From Elsinoe ampelina (taxonomy: Eukaryota): a DNA stretch of 64,000 nucleotides. The stretch is taken from NCBI GenBank assembly GCA_010093995.1, contig ML992513.1, positions 369,203 to 433,202 of the forward strand. The letters run 5' to 3'. Position 1 is the first letter of the stretch, and each line of letters starts with the position of its first letter. Position numbers and translations under genes: made by a program. Below the pieces are notes generated by a model. That model saw only the letters and a program-made list of their open reading frames with translations. It did no database searches and was not told the DNA's origin. This document shows positions 12,591-25,835 of the stretch, piece after piece.

Positions 12591-13143
12591 ATGACCATCC
12601 CTCAGGAGGACCGCGAGAGCGGCCGAATGGACTCTTCACTGATTGAGGAAGCGCGGGCACAACTCTCAACAGCGTCTCCGGCCAAAGTATACCAAAACCA
12701 CCAACAGACCAGGTTTCTCTTCTATGGATTACAAGACGACGGAGAATTTGCCCGGCGCATTGCTGAAGAATGGGTACACGTGTGTACATGATCTGGCCGC
12801 GATCAAAAGCCACCTACTAATCAGAGGAATCAAGAATCCAGACAACGTCCAAAGAGTCTACTCCTATTTCGACAGGAAAGTGCCTCAATATGACGACCTC
12901 CTACATACGTTCATGGCGATAAGATTCTCTGATATACAGTATCCATACGACTTGAAAACCGGCATACAAGGCGAACAAAGTCTACTTGTCTTCATCCCAC
13001 TGGAGAAGTGGAGTCCCCGCAACGGATTTTGGCTCGACAAAGAGTTGGACCCAGGGCAAGACATTGCGATCGATGGCACAGAGCCAATAACACTGCCCGG
13101 AACGGGTGATTGCCTGGTAATAATGGTTCAACTACACATCTAA
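12591..13143 (+). CDS. Hypothetical two-exon protein (~160 aa); island gene 2
   Basis: ORFs 12399-12791 and 12643-13143 can be joined by a GTACAC..CTAAT..AG intron at ~12774-12834; the exact acceptor is ambiguous. Confidence 0.55.
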
Positions 13144-14818
13144 CTGTCCTCGTTCGAGATACTATACGTCTCGAATCCCGGGTGAATGGGATTCCAGGCC
13201 GGCGGTCCTGCCGCTGCTGCCGATACCGTCAGGCCATATTGTTGCCAATCAATTCCGTCCATGTCAAAGATAGTGTTGTCCAGCCTTGCGCAACGATCCA
13301 TGTTTGGAAGTCCGCCGACCGGTCCAGGAGCGGACATGTTCAGCTCCTGCGCGTTGGACGACGGCCATTCCAATACGTGTCCAATCTCTTGGATGGGGGC
13401 TCCGCCCGAAGGGCATGATGTCTGCTGTAAGTCCCCCGTGAGCTGATCTGCAATGTCTCTGATCTCAGCATCATGAGCCCCCAGCATTGATGTCATTTGC
13501 ATCTCCCTCAGGACCGTTTCATACCTTGTGGCTGATTAGGTTTCGCGCCAGATTTATTCTAGATTGCCGACTTACGGTAGACAAGTCATGTGTGCAAGTA
13601 TCAAGAACGGGTCCGTCAGTCCTGAAGGCTTTGCAAATTGTTCTTCCTGCATGATCTTTCCGGCACGCGAAGCAAGCTTCCCTATTTCCGGCAATGGCAG
13701 GTCCGCAATATAATAACAGAGGGATGGGTCTTCTATCCTTGGTCAGCATACTTCAAAGACATGAATCCGCACCTGACTTACGCGCGAGGACATTAGAGAT
13801 GAGGAACGCTCTCTTACCAATCGCCTGGTAGCTGTCCTGGATCACGCGATTCACAAATCTTGCAATCGAGCGCCATCTCGATCGCTTCTGCTTGGTGATG
13901 CTGGCCTCGACCTTCGCTCGTGGATCCATAGTGATAATGCATCCGAAAAGATATCGAGGGTACCAAGCCACTGCGAACGCATTCTGCTCAGCGACATTCC
14001 AGAGCCTCTGCGCGACCCGGGAAAGTTGATCATCGGAAGCAACCACTCCACACACTTCCGATATCGCAGATGGAGAGATGAAGACTTCTGTGTTGTCCGG
14101 TAGACCAATCAGAGACTTCGCCGCCCTTCTGAAGCGCCCTTCCACTTCTCTGGTATCTCTCATTCTGACATGCATGGTTCTCAGAACTGGTTTCGAGCTG
14201 TTTGATGTCGTGGCACTGGGGATGATGCTGACTCCTGGCGGACTTGGCATCAAACGCGGCTGGTCATTCTGCATTGTTGCGGAGAAGTCTTTCAGATGGC
14301 ATTTGAGCTGAACACAGAGATCAGTTGCTCTCATGGCTGCGGACCTGCAGCGGGAGCCGATACCGATGGTATCATCGATGTAGGAGCTGTGAAATGTCAA
14401 GGACGGTCCACCAGGAAACGCCCACAATACACTACCTAGAATTGTCTCCTACTTCCCAAAGGCCCGATTGCCGCAGTTTTGATGAGAGTTCGTTGCCACG
14501 ATTCTTGACCTGCGGCCAGAGTTTGCCATGGTCGGCGCCGTTACAGCAGCGCCTCCACAGGCACCGGAAGCGAAAGTAAGTCTGACCATCATCTTCGGGC
14601 ACTTGGAAAGGCGTGACTGTGATCTGAACGCAAGCATAATGGCTTTGTTTGCCTCCAAGTACAAAGTAAATGTGATTTGGATGCTCTGTTGACAAGAAGT
14701 CCGGAGCGCCGAAACGCTTCTCGGTTTCGATCGTCCAGCGATGAGACATTCCCACGAACATGTTGTATGGGAACGAGACAGAAAGGAATGGGAAGCAAAC
14801 CGGCAAGGGACATGGCAT
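13140..14818 (-). CDS. Hypothetical four-exon protein; island gene 3 (start uncertain)
   Basis: Three introns (GTAGTG..TTGAC..CAG, GTAAGT..CTGAC..TAG, GTAAGT..CTAAT..AAG) join four open segments in phase: ..GDNSS/SYIDD..NVLAQ/DPSLC..TCLP/YETVLREMQM.. Confidence 0.7.
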
Positions 14819-15374
14819 CCATTTGTGCGGCGCTTGTGTTCAGGTGGTCAGAGTAGTACAATGCCAAGAAGGTCCCGCCCCCGGGACGTCGATTTCCTCT
14901 TTCAGTTAGGCAGCGCATGGGCACGGCGCGCCTGCAAACAGCTTCCATGACAGCACTGCGAAGCCGACTTCATCATGCAGCAACCATGTCTTGTCTTGCT
15001 CACGGCCTCCAATCGAAGGCCGGCTGCTTCGTTGATCAGCGCATTCCAGCCATGCGTCCCTTGCAAGAGAGTACGCTGCGTTGATGGCACCACGCGCGAG
15101 CAATGTTGAGAGGACGACGAGATCGTCAGAGGCGTCGTCTATCTTCAGGACGTGTCTGTCTAATCGATTCCCTGGATCGAAAAGCGCGGAAACGCAGCGA
15201 CTATCATTGGCCAACAACACATCCTCTGCGGATACAAGGCGCTCATGGCGGGTCGAATAGCTTGCAGGCGGTTCAAACATTCGGCATGACTGGATGCCAT
15301 GTAGGCAGGGGCCATCTTTCCTCGCATTGCCGCTTCATCGCTTGTTCATTCAAGTCGAGCATCAAATAAGGTCG

Positions 15375-16935
15375 ATGTCCACCTCAAAACATCTGGAAGC
15401 AGGTCAAACACTTGGCTTTACTCTTCTGTTCTTCACTGGTCAGTCTAAGAAGATGAACGGTGACCCCTGCTTCCTCCTTTTATCAAAATTCAAAGCTGCT
15501 TTGCAGAACCTCTCAACAACACCCGTACTCGCCGAGGAATCGCTGGCCGTAGATGAGTCGTGCTGGCGGAATGATGTCGCCACCAAAGACTCGTCTTTCT
15601 TTGGTCTTTGGCGAAATGCACTTGCTACGACCGTCTTGTTCACCGAATACCAGAGATGGACCGACCTGGTGTGGGCCTTCCGCCGTCCCGTAGAACAATG
15701 GGTTCCTGAAGGCGTGGTCACAAGGCCTTTGCTGCAGCATTTCCTGAGCATGCACGGCCTGGTCGATGCGAGGGAGCTGTACGGCCAATTGAGAATGCTG
15801 GAAATCTACACCAAGTATACTATTTGGAATCATCAATACGACATGAAGCTCTTCATGTGTCTGCTGGTGCTCTGCAGACCGGTGAGAATCACTATCGAAC
15901 ATATGGAGTCATTGCTCAAGCTTCTGGTCGAGGATACCCCATGGATCGACAGACTACGACAATCCGACAAAGCAACAAAATGGTTTGAGGTGTCCTTCGA
16001 AAATTATCGTGGTTTGTGCCTCGAGCAAGAGCTTCGTACCGGGCTGACAAGTACGTAGGTCGAATGCTGCGCTCCTTCACAATTGTCCCACCTCATCTTG
16101 AGCGGCGCGAGCTTCAAAATCTCGAGGCTAAAGATCGGCTGCGCTTCTTCCACGACTACCTCCCTGAAGCCTTGAGGCCTTGGCTGTATCTCTTATCGGC
16201 ATTCCCCAACTCAGGAGCGCCAGCTCTTGTGTTCGAGCTTGCACACACTGCACAATATAACTGGTGGGCTGATAACCGATGTCGTGAAGGGACCAAAGAA
16301 AATCTTCCGAGAACATCAGTATTGAGGCATGGCGAGGATCCGAAATCTTGCATACAAGACCTCGAACCGGTGGTGGATAGCTCCTTCGACGGGTCCGTCC
16401 GGTGGTACTGGATGCGTCAATCTGACCGCCAGTTGGTATGGACGATCTCCAAGCAGTCGCATGAAGATTGGATCCTGATTGCCAGAGCTCTGATCCTTCG
16501 TATCTTTCCCAAGATCTCATCTTGGTACTCGAGGTGCGAAAATCATGGACGTTGACCAGGTTGCGCAGTACTGATACATGGTGCAGCTATTCAAGAGTTC
16601 AGCAAGCCAAGATACTCTTCCCAGTGCTTCAAAGTCTTCTACACAGGAGTGGGTCCGTCATGGACGACGACCTACGCTGCTGTTTAGTGGATGCTCTAAT
16701 CTCGTACACTTGCAGCACGGCTCCAAAATTCAGAATCGATCGGCTTCGATACATCGAAACCATCGCAGCCCACAAAAAATGCGTGATAAAAAGCCGCACA
16801 TCCGACACCGTGACCGAAATGTTGCAGATAAGCATTCATATAAGCTATTCCAAGGCGGACCTCAATCCTGCGCTGGTTGTGTCAAGCGCAAGACAGAGCT
16901 CCGTGTCGTCGCCATGCATCTTCTGTTACTGCTAG
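15375..16935 (+). CDS. Hypothetical three-exon helical protein (~490 aa), possibly 3'-truncated; island gene 4
   Basis: Introns ~16012-16058 (GTTTGT..CTGAC..TAG) and ~16534-16586 (GTGCGA..CTGAT..CAG) join three ORFs in phase; the stop lies inside the start of the next gene. Confidence 0.65.
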
Positions 16936-18828
16936 GATTGGTCTGCATCTTTGGCTTACCGGATGGATGCATAGCAAGCCTCATCATTCCTCGTCAGGGT
17001 CCGCCAGCCACAAACTCGACTACACCGCTCGAGGTGATTCAGGTCAATCCACCTGTTCGGTTCCTCGACGAAGCCGGAACCGCCGCAGCGCTCACCTGCC
17101 AGAGTACTCTGGTAGTGTATTCGTTCCAGAACTCGTACGGACAGCCGTATGTCGGACCATACACTCCGCCAAGTTGCAATTTCAACAAAGTGACTTGGAA
17201 CTTGACCGTCACCTCTCGAGGTCGACAATTCGACAGACTAGGCACTGTCTCGCTTGGTCCCATCGAAGTCTTCAGGACTAGTACTGCTGAGCCGACTGCT
17301 AACGGCATATTCTGGACATACATCAAGGATGTCTCGCCCTTCCTCAGTCTATTCAAGGAGCCACAAACGATCATCTTCGACCTCGGCAATATCATCAACG
17401 ACATCTATACCGGACCGTTCAATGTGACATTGACTGCCGACTACTACAATGTCAACGAGGAGGGAAGCGAACCAGCCGCTGACCTTATCCTGCCAATTTC
17501 CAAGGGCTCGTCGAATACATCAAGTGTCTTCAACTTTCCCCCTGACAATGCCACAAGCTTGATCACCCTTCCATCTAATGTCACCAAAGCAGTGGTGTCA
17601 ATCGCAGCGACTGGTCAGTCCCGCGAAGAAGTATGTGACTCAAAATATCCTACCACAACATCCCCTAATCTGATCACAGTTCTGGTGGTCCAACCTCCTC
17701 GAGCAAGACGTCAACGCCTTTCCTTCGGCTGGCACTCTCCCCGGCCTCTCCCCCTTCCGCGAAGTCCAGCTTTTCATCGATGGCACTCTCGCCGGCGTCG
17801 TCTGGCCCTTCCCCATCATCTTCACCGGCGGCATCGTTCCCGGCTTCTGGCGTCCTATCGTCGGTATCGACGCCTACGATCTCCGCGAAGACGAGATCGA
17901 CGTCAGTCCCTTCCTCCCTCTCCTCACTGACTCTCGACCCCACAACTTAACCCTCGTCGTCTCCGGCCTCATTCCTACCACCAACGGCACCATCCTCTCC
18001 GAACGCGTCAACTCCTACTGGGTCCTCTCCGCCAAACTCTTCCTCTGGCAATCTCCCTCACCCATTCCCTCCACCGCACCCAGCATCTCCGCCCCCGAGC
18101 CCTCCATCTCCGCCTCCTCATCCCTCACCACCCTCCCCGCATCCAACGATACCCTCCTCTCCTACTCCCTCTCCCTCTCCCGCTCCCTCCGCATCACAAC
18201 CCCCACAACCTCCTGGTCCCAATCCCTCTCCTTCACCTACTCAGGCACCTACTCCCAAGGAGGCAACGCACAAGTCTCCACCCTCCTCATCACCGGCACC
18301 GACGTTTCCTCGTCAGGCTACTCCCGCGACATCTCATACCCCCTCAACGTGACATCGCTGTACATCCCCCTCCCCGACGGCTTCGGTCTCAACGCCTCCT
18401 TGACCCGCGGCCAGACAATCCGTCGCAAAGGCGGCGTCTTCCCCACCGGCCTCGAGGCCTTTGCGGGGACGAAAGGGGAGGCGGCGCTGCTGCAGACGGA
18501 GCAGGAGGGAGTGGCGGATTACGTGAGTGATTCCACCACGGCGACGAGTAGGAGTACAGGGGACACGAGGCAGAGATTACGGTTCGCGGTTGTGGGGGAT
18601 GGAGACGAGGGGGGCCAGGGGAGGGAGTTGTACTACAGGGATGTGGAGGGGAGGAACGGGACGATTGTGGAGGATGAGGTCAGGGATGTCGGGATGGACG
18701 ATGGGGTAGGGGAGAGGAGAGGGGGGAGAGGAGGGGGTGGGAAGGGGGGGTATGTGGAGTATGCGCCGAGGAGGAAGGGGGTGCAGGCGAGGTTTGGGAG
18801 GACGGTGGTGGGCCCGCCTGGTGCTTAG
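16914..18828 (+). CDS. Peptide-N4-(N-acetyl-beta-glucosaminyl)asparagine amidase A (PNGase A family), secreted
   Basis: Signal peptide MHLLLLLGLVCIFGL; motifs GRQFDRL, FRTSTAEP, EEFWWSN (after intron 17631-17679), PFREVQLFIDG and WPFPIIFTGGIVPGFWRPIVGIDAYDL. Confidence 0.92.
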
Positions 18829-18894
18829 TAGTAACCTTAATGCCTGGATGGGACAGTCGGAAGGAAGGGTGGGATAGTGTATGCAGACCACACT

Positions 18895-20692
18895 CTACGG
18901 CATCTGTACATAATTCGCTGGGAAACTGCCGCTTTGCCCTCGCAAGCTCCCAAGCCACCAGTCATCTGTGCTTTCGCTCTTCTTGAGCACTTTGATTTGA
19001 TCGCCTTCTTTGAATGAGAGATCGCCGTCGCCTTGTCCGGGAAAGTCGTAGAGGGCGGTGACGATCAGGTCTTGGTTGGCTGTTGTGCGGCGCTTGACGG
19101 GTGGGGGAGGGGGTTTCTTCTTCTTTGCTGCGATGGAGGAGGCGATGGAGTTGACGGATGAGCTGGATGGGGTGCGGCCGTTGTCGAAGTAGTCTTGCTG
19201 TGTGGGCGAGAGACCTGGTCGTTGGTTTTCGCTTGGTGTGGCGAGAGGTGTGAGGTAGGCTGATTGTGCGGAGGTGGAGCTGCGGCGGCTACTGCTGCTC
19301 GATGGTCCGCCTTCGGGGATGGATGCGGACATGCCGGGGAGTGGTGTCCCTGCTTGTACGCGAGCGATTGATGCCGACGATGGTGTTCTGGGTTTGCTCG
19401 AAAGAGGGATTGGACCTGGACCTGCTGGCCGAGGTGGCTTCGCTGGTGGGAGCTCTTCATCTTCGGGAACAGATTGTTGACTGCGCAGGGACGATGTTGA
19501 TGCTATTCGACCCGTGTTAGAGTACAGCAACCCTGGAGAGGCACCAGGTCGAGGTGGTCGAGGTGGTGGCGCTTCATCCTCTTCATCCTGCTGAGTCGAA
19601 GTTGCACTCGAACGTCGAATGGTAGGAGTGGGGACGGCATTTTGACTGGTCTTCCTGTTTGTGATGCCACCGACTTTGCCCCTAATACCCAGCCCAGTGA
19701 CTGTACTGGGTTTCTCTTCGATTCTCATTGGTTGGTGAATCGCCTTGCCAGTGGACAGCAGCTTCAGTCCGCTTTCGACCTCATGTCGTAAGCCAGTAAA
19801 CTCACGATCCCATGCAGCAACTACCTCTTCCATCGGCGGTGCAGGTGATGGGAATTGAAACTGCTGACAGTAGTCATGAAGCACAGTGTATAGTTGGCCC
19901 ACAAGAGCGTGCTGAAGCATGATTTGAACGTTCATCAGGAGCGGCACCAGAGCTTGAATGGCGTCAATTACTGCGGGAAACGTCTTCTTGATTGTTTCGT
20001 CGCAGCCATGATATAGCTATGAAGGTCAGCAAATTGATTCTACAGATGTGAATCCTGACCGACCATTTCAGCTTGTGCGAGATCTGCCTCGGATCTTGCC
20101 ATATTGGCGTCTGCTTTGGCAGTCGTGACACCTTTTTGCCTCATGGAATCCACACGAGTGTGGTATCGCTCGTAGTCCAGCTTGTAGTTCTCTCGCTTCT
20201 TGAGAGTCTTCTTGAGAGGGGCGATCGATTGCTTAGCGTCCATGGCGGGTTGGAGCAGTTTTGCTTGGATCCAAGTAGTCTCTTGTTGCAAGTCTTTCTC
20301 TAGGTCCGCGTATGTCGACTTGAGCTGAAGCGCCTTGTCCAGCATTGCGGGATCAGATTCGGCATTGTACTTCGATTCCGGGTCATGAACGGGTCTGTAA
20401 AGCGTCTCCAATTGCTGAGCCACGCCCTGGGTAATGTTAGCCTGCTTGATATCGATCCCGTTTGACAATCGTACCAGCTGATGAGTAAGGATGGCATTCC
20501 AACCGTTCTGAAATGACCTCACAGCATCCATGAACTATCATGTATAAGTCTCGACCAGCGGAGTGACGTTCGATATCTTACACTGTCCAGCAATTGATCC
20601 GCAATCTGGAATTCGCCGAGGACGGTGGCGACATCTGCCTCATCCTCCGACCGCTTCATCAATTTCCCCGCCTGTCGTTGAAGTCGCTGCAT
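18895..20692 (-). CDS. BAR domain + proline-rich linker + SH3 domain protein (amphiphysin/Rvs167-like)
   Basis: Four exons; BAR-like KKTLKKRENYKLDYERY; C-terminal SH3 ALYDFPGQGDGDLSFKEGDQI..WWLG..GSFPANYV. Confidence 0.88.
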
Positions 20693-21102
20693 ACTGGATG
20701 GCTTGTTGGTACCTGAAGGATACGCTAACGTCAATGGCTCAAGGACTGAATGATCTTGTCTGGGAATGAGGATCTTCCGCCGCCAGGCTCACCAGATAAA
20801 GGAACAATACAGAGGGCATGGGCAGGGAACAAGTGTTGAGTACGGAATCTATGAAATAAAGTTGGATGGACAATTCGGGGCCGGTTTTGCGGAGAGGCGG
20901 CATGATGCTGTCGTCAGCCGCAGAGTCCTTTGATCTACCCTACCAGTTTTTGCGATTCAATGGACGAAAGGAACAGAAATCCCTAAGATAAGCTCACTAG
21001 CTGCGAAAATTCACCCCTATCGTGGTATGCAGTATATGTGCAAGTATCCTTAGGAAGCATTCTCATGCGTGCTTGATTGAAAGTCACGTGTCTCGCGTCA
21101 TC

Positions 21103-21360
21103 TGTCAACCTCGGCAAGAGCTGTGGTGCCAAGAAGGACCCTGATTCAGTGTACCTAAGGTTGAACTAAGCACTCATCAACGGTTACACCAATTCATGAT
21201 CAATTTAGACGGTTATTGTCTTATTCTGTTGAAGCTTAGGAGTTCTGTCAATTTAGTTATCTCTTAGTTTATCAGGTTAAGTATTTATATAGGGAGAATC
21301 CACCTAATTTTAGTGGATTAGGCAGTAATTAATCTCTTTCTCTCCCTACACAAGTCAACA
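21103..21360 (+). repeat. 5' LTR of the copia element (258 bp)
   Basis: Last ~95 bp match 25742-25835 with five CA>TA/TG>TA differences. Confidence 0.9.
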
Positions 21361-24300
21361 GTTATAAGCCCGGTATAACTACCCCTACACAAGCATATTA
21401 TTTAGTGGCTTCTCTACTCGATTTATTAGTTCATTCTCTATTATCTCGCTTTTTAAGCACTAGAATCTGTTAAGTACTGCCTTATCTACTACTATAGGAT
21501 TTAGGTGTTAATAAAGAGATAAACAACTATAGATACTAACACACTAACAGCTAGAACACCTATTATTCTTGCTACATTAGCTGAATAGGCTAGCTAGCTA
21601 TATATTATTAAGACTAGAGCTTTAAACACTAAGATCTAGTATATTATTAATCTCTAGGAGATAGTTAAGCTAGAAGGGCTCCCTAAGCCTTAGAGGCTAG
21701 ATGTATTAGATTCTAACTTCTTAGCACTCTTCTAGATCTATAAGGAGGAGCAAGCTTAGTATAACAAACAGCACAAGGCCTTAGCAGATCTAGCTAGCCT
21801 TATTTAGTCATTAATTGCACTATAAGTTCTTATAGTTATCTAACTAGAGGGAGATCCCTATCTATAGGCTATCCTTAGAGCATTAAAGAACAGATTTGCA
21901 CCATCTAATACTATAATCTAGCTTAAGGTTAAAGCTCTCTAGAGGAGATAACTCTCTAGTCTATTATTATAGAACATAGACTATTAGCTTTAGCAATAGA
22001 AAGAGGTTATAGACAAGGCTAGGAATTATAACCTACTAGAAGCTTAAGGCTTAAGGCTATAGAGAGACTTCTTACTCTCTATCTTAAGAACTAAACTAGC
22101 ATTTACTAACAAATATCTTATTAATTTAAATTTACTAACCCTACTAACTATGCTTAAGTTAATTACTAAGTTTAGATAGTTTTACAAACTTTATAAGCTA
22201 TATAGCACTATAAAGGCTAGTAAGGGAGTAATAGTATTCCCTATAGCTACTAAGGACTCTATAAAAGAGCCTAGTCCTACTAGGGAGCCTAGATATGTAT
22301 ACTAGAAGCGGCATAAGTAGAGCAAGTGCTATTACTTAAATAAGTATCTAAGGCTAGAAGGATAGTTACTAAACTAATAAACCCTTAAGGAGGTTAAGTA
22401 AAGGCTTAATAATAAGGCCTTAAGGGAGAAGATTAAAGCTATCCTTACTAAGGAAGCTTACCTTTATAAGGGGTTATCCCTACTAGTACTAATTAACATA
22501 GCTATAACTATTAAATTACACTTAGCATTAATCTTAGCTACTAGCAACATCTTAAGTTTATAGATTCTAGATTCTAGAGCAACTAATTACATCTATAATT
22601 ACACTATAAAGGACAGATATAAGGTTACTAGACTTGTAGAACCTTATAAGCAAATGTTCTATAGTAACACCTTACTTACTATTAAGAGTTAAAGATCGAT
22701 CACTATTATAGCGATCTATAGGGGAAAGCTAGTAACTATCTAACTTACATAGGTGGCTTATATACTATTAATAATAACTAATCTAGTTAGCCTTAGGAGA
22801 TTCCTAAAAGGTAGAGTCCACTAGAACACTTAAACTATAGAGATTAATTACAAAGGGAGGGTACTCTTCTTAGTAACTCTAAAACACAATTAATATATAG
22901 TAGAGAATAACTCTAAAGCTCCTTATACTATTACTACAGCTATAGGAGGCACTAGAGATCCTTATCTATTAGCATTTACCTTAGTTATAATAAGGACTAA
23001 TTAATCCTAGTATGAAGTTATAGGCTATCTAAGTATAGAGTCTATTAATTACCTCTTAACTGCTATAGTTAGTAGTGAACTAACCTTAACTAAGTCTAAC
23101 TTGTATTAACTAATTTATCTTAGGTTACTATATTAGACTTGTAAGCTATCAAATGCTTAGAAGCTTATCTTAAGGAGCTCTAACACTAAGATTATTATAA
23201 CTAAGCCCTTTAAAAGGATCACCTTTAATATTATTATTAATAGGTTTACTAGCTATAATAAGGCAAGGTATATAAGCTATTTTGCCTATAGGGCTACTAA
23301 CTATTACCTTGTAAGCAGTTATACTTATAGATATAAGATTAATAAAATCTGTATTAAGATAATTACTTACATTAAAAGTAATCTTAGCTTTAAGGTCAGA
23401 TTTGTTAGGAGTAACAATNNNNNNNNNNNNNNNNNNNNNNNNNNNNNNNNNNNNNNNNNNNNNNNNNNNNNNNNNNNNNNNNNNNNNNNNNNNNNNNNNN
23501 NNNNNNNNNNNNNNNNNNNNNNNNNNNNNNNNNNNNNNNNNNNNNNNNNNNNNNNNNNNNNNNNNNNNNNNNNNNNNNNNNNNNNNNNNNNNNNNNNNNN
23601 NNNNNNNNNNNNNNNNNNNNNNNNNNNNNNNNNNNNNNNNNNNNNNNNNNNNNNNNNNNNNNNNNNNNNNNNNNNNNNNNNNNNNNNNNNNNNNNNNNNN
23701 NNNNNNNNNNNNNNNNNNNNNNNNNNNNNNNNNNNNNNNNNNNNNNNNNNNNNNNNNNNNNNNNNNNNNNNNNNNNNNNNNNNNNNNNNNNNNNNNNNNN
23801 NNNNNNNNNNNNNNNNNNNNNNNNNNNNNNNNNNNNNNNNNNNNNNNNNNNNNNNNNNNNNNNNNNNNNNNNNNNNNNNNNNNNNNNNNNNNNNNNNNNN
23901 NNNNNNNNNNNNNNNNNNNNNNNNNNNNNNNNNNNNNNNNNNNNNNNNNNNNNNNNNNNNNNNNNNNNNNNNNNNNNNNNNNNNNNNNNNNNNNNNNNNN
24001 NNNNNNNNNNNNNNNNNNNNNNNNNNNNNNNNNNNNNNNNNNNNNNNNNNNNNNNNNNNNNNNNNNNNNNNNNNNNNNNNNNNNNNNNNNNNNNNNNNNN
24101 NNNNNNNNNNNNNNNNNNNNNNNNNNNNNNNNNNNNNNNNNNNNNNNNNNNNNNNNNNNNNNNNNNNNNNNNNNNNNNNNNNNNNNNNNNNNNNNNNNNN
24201 NNNNNNNNNNNNNNNNNNNNNNNNNNNNNNNNNNNNNNNNNNNNNNNNNACTATCCTACCTAGATTTAAGCTTATACTAGAGGTGCTTATAAAGGACTGT

Positions 24301-25741
24301 CCTAGTATAGCATTATCTAATGTAATCCTCCTACTAAAGAAGGCACTCTATAGCCTTAAATAAGTACTAGCTCTCTAGTATACAGAATTTACTACCACAC
24401 TAAAGAATCTTAGATTTACTTAGGCCCCTAAGGCTCTATACCTCTAGCTAACCCCTAAGGTAATAATCTTCTTCTTTGTGGATAATATTACTATTATGTA
24501 CCTTAAGAAGTACAAGGGCAAGGCTAATGCCATTATTATAGCTCTATATGCTAAGTATAAGATAAAGATGCTTAGAGATCTAAGCTAGTTCCTTACTATT
24601 TAAGTTATAAGGGATAGGTCTATAAGGAAGCTATAGCTTAGCTAAGCCTAGTACTTATAACAGATGTATAGTAAGTTTATTATAGAACTAATAAGGCTAG
24701 TATTAACACCTCTACTAGTTAAAATGCTCTAGCCCTCTAAAGGCTAAGTATTACTATAGGAGATCTACCTATACTAGTAGAAGGTAGGATCTATCAACTT
24801 TGTAGCAGTTATTACTAGGCCTAATATTGCCTTTACTACTTCTAGATTGTTAGAGCATCTAATAAATCCTTTACTAACACACTAAAGGCTAGCGAATAGA
24901 GTAATCTAGTATCTCTATAAGACTAGAGATCTAGCCCTTACCTTTGATAGCTTAATACTACTACTAATCTTCTAAGGGAACTACACTCTAAACTATATAG
25001 ATTAGTAGCCTATCTAATAAATAGAACTCCACTTAAGAAGCTTAACTAGAAGACTCTCTTTAAGCTAGTTTATAGATGCCCTCCATTAATCTCCTATCTT
25101 AGGCTAATTAGTTATAAGGCCTATATACTAGATTATTATATTATAAGTAGTAATAAGCTTATACTAAGAGCACACATTAGTTATCTAGTTAGATATAACT
25201 CAACTAACATATTTAGGATCTTTATACTAGCCTTAAAGAAGGTTATTAGAACAAGGAATNNNNNNNNNNNNNNNNNNNNNNNNNNNNNNNNNNNNNNNNN
25301 NNNNNNNNNNNNNNNNNNNNNNNNNNNNNNNNNNNNNNNNNNNNNNNNNNNNNNNNNNNNNNNNNNNNNNNNNNNNNNNNNNNNNNNNNNNNNNNNNNNN
25401 NNNNNNNNNNNNNNNNNNNNNNNNNNNNNNNNNNNNNNNNNNNNNNNNNNNNNNNNNNNNNNNNNNNNNNNNNNNNNNNNNNNNNNNNNNNNNNNNNNNN
25501 NNNNNNNNNNNNNNNNNNNNNNNNNNNNNNNNNNNNNNNNNNNNNNNNNNNNNNNNNNNNNNNNNNNNNNNNNNNNNNNNNNNNNNNNNNNNNNNNNNNN
25601 NNNNNNNNNNNNNNNNNNNNNNNNNNNNNNNNNNNNNNNNNNNNNNNNNNNNNNNNNNNNNNNNNNNNNNNNNNNNNNNNNNNNNNNNNNNNNNNNNNNN
25701 NNNNNNNNNNNNNNNNNNNNNNNNNNNNNNNNNNNNNNNNN

Positions 25742-25835
25742 GTTTATCAGGTTGAGTATTTATATAGGGAGAATCCACCTAATTTTGGTGGATCAGGCAG
25801 TAATCAATCTCTTTCTCTCCCCACACAAGTCAACA
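25742..25835 (+). repeat. 3' LTR of the copia element (visible part after the gap)
   Basis: Direct repeat of ~21267-21360, ending GTCAACA plus TSD. Confidence 0.9.

Larger units (their letters stand above)
21103..25835 (+). mobile_element. RIP-degraded Ty1/copia LTR retrotransposon (two assembly gaps)
   Basis: TG..CA termini; TSD TCATC at 21098-21102 and 25836-25840; GTTATAAGCCC (copia-type PBS-like) after the 5' LTR; de-RIP motifs WILDSGA (22561), WH..MGH (~23010), LLLKKALYGLKQ (~24330) and FFVDD (~24475) in copia order. Confidence 0.92.

Noticed and set aside
23402..25778. Long poly-X ORFs
   Set aside because: They are translations of assembly gaps.
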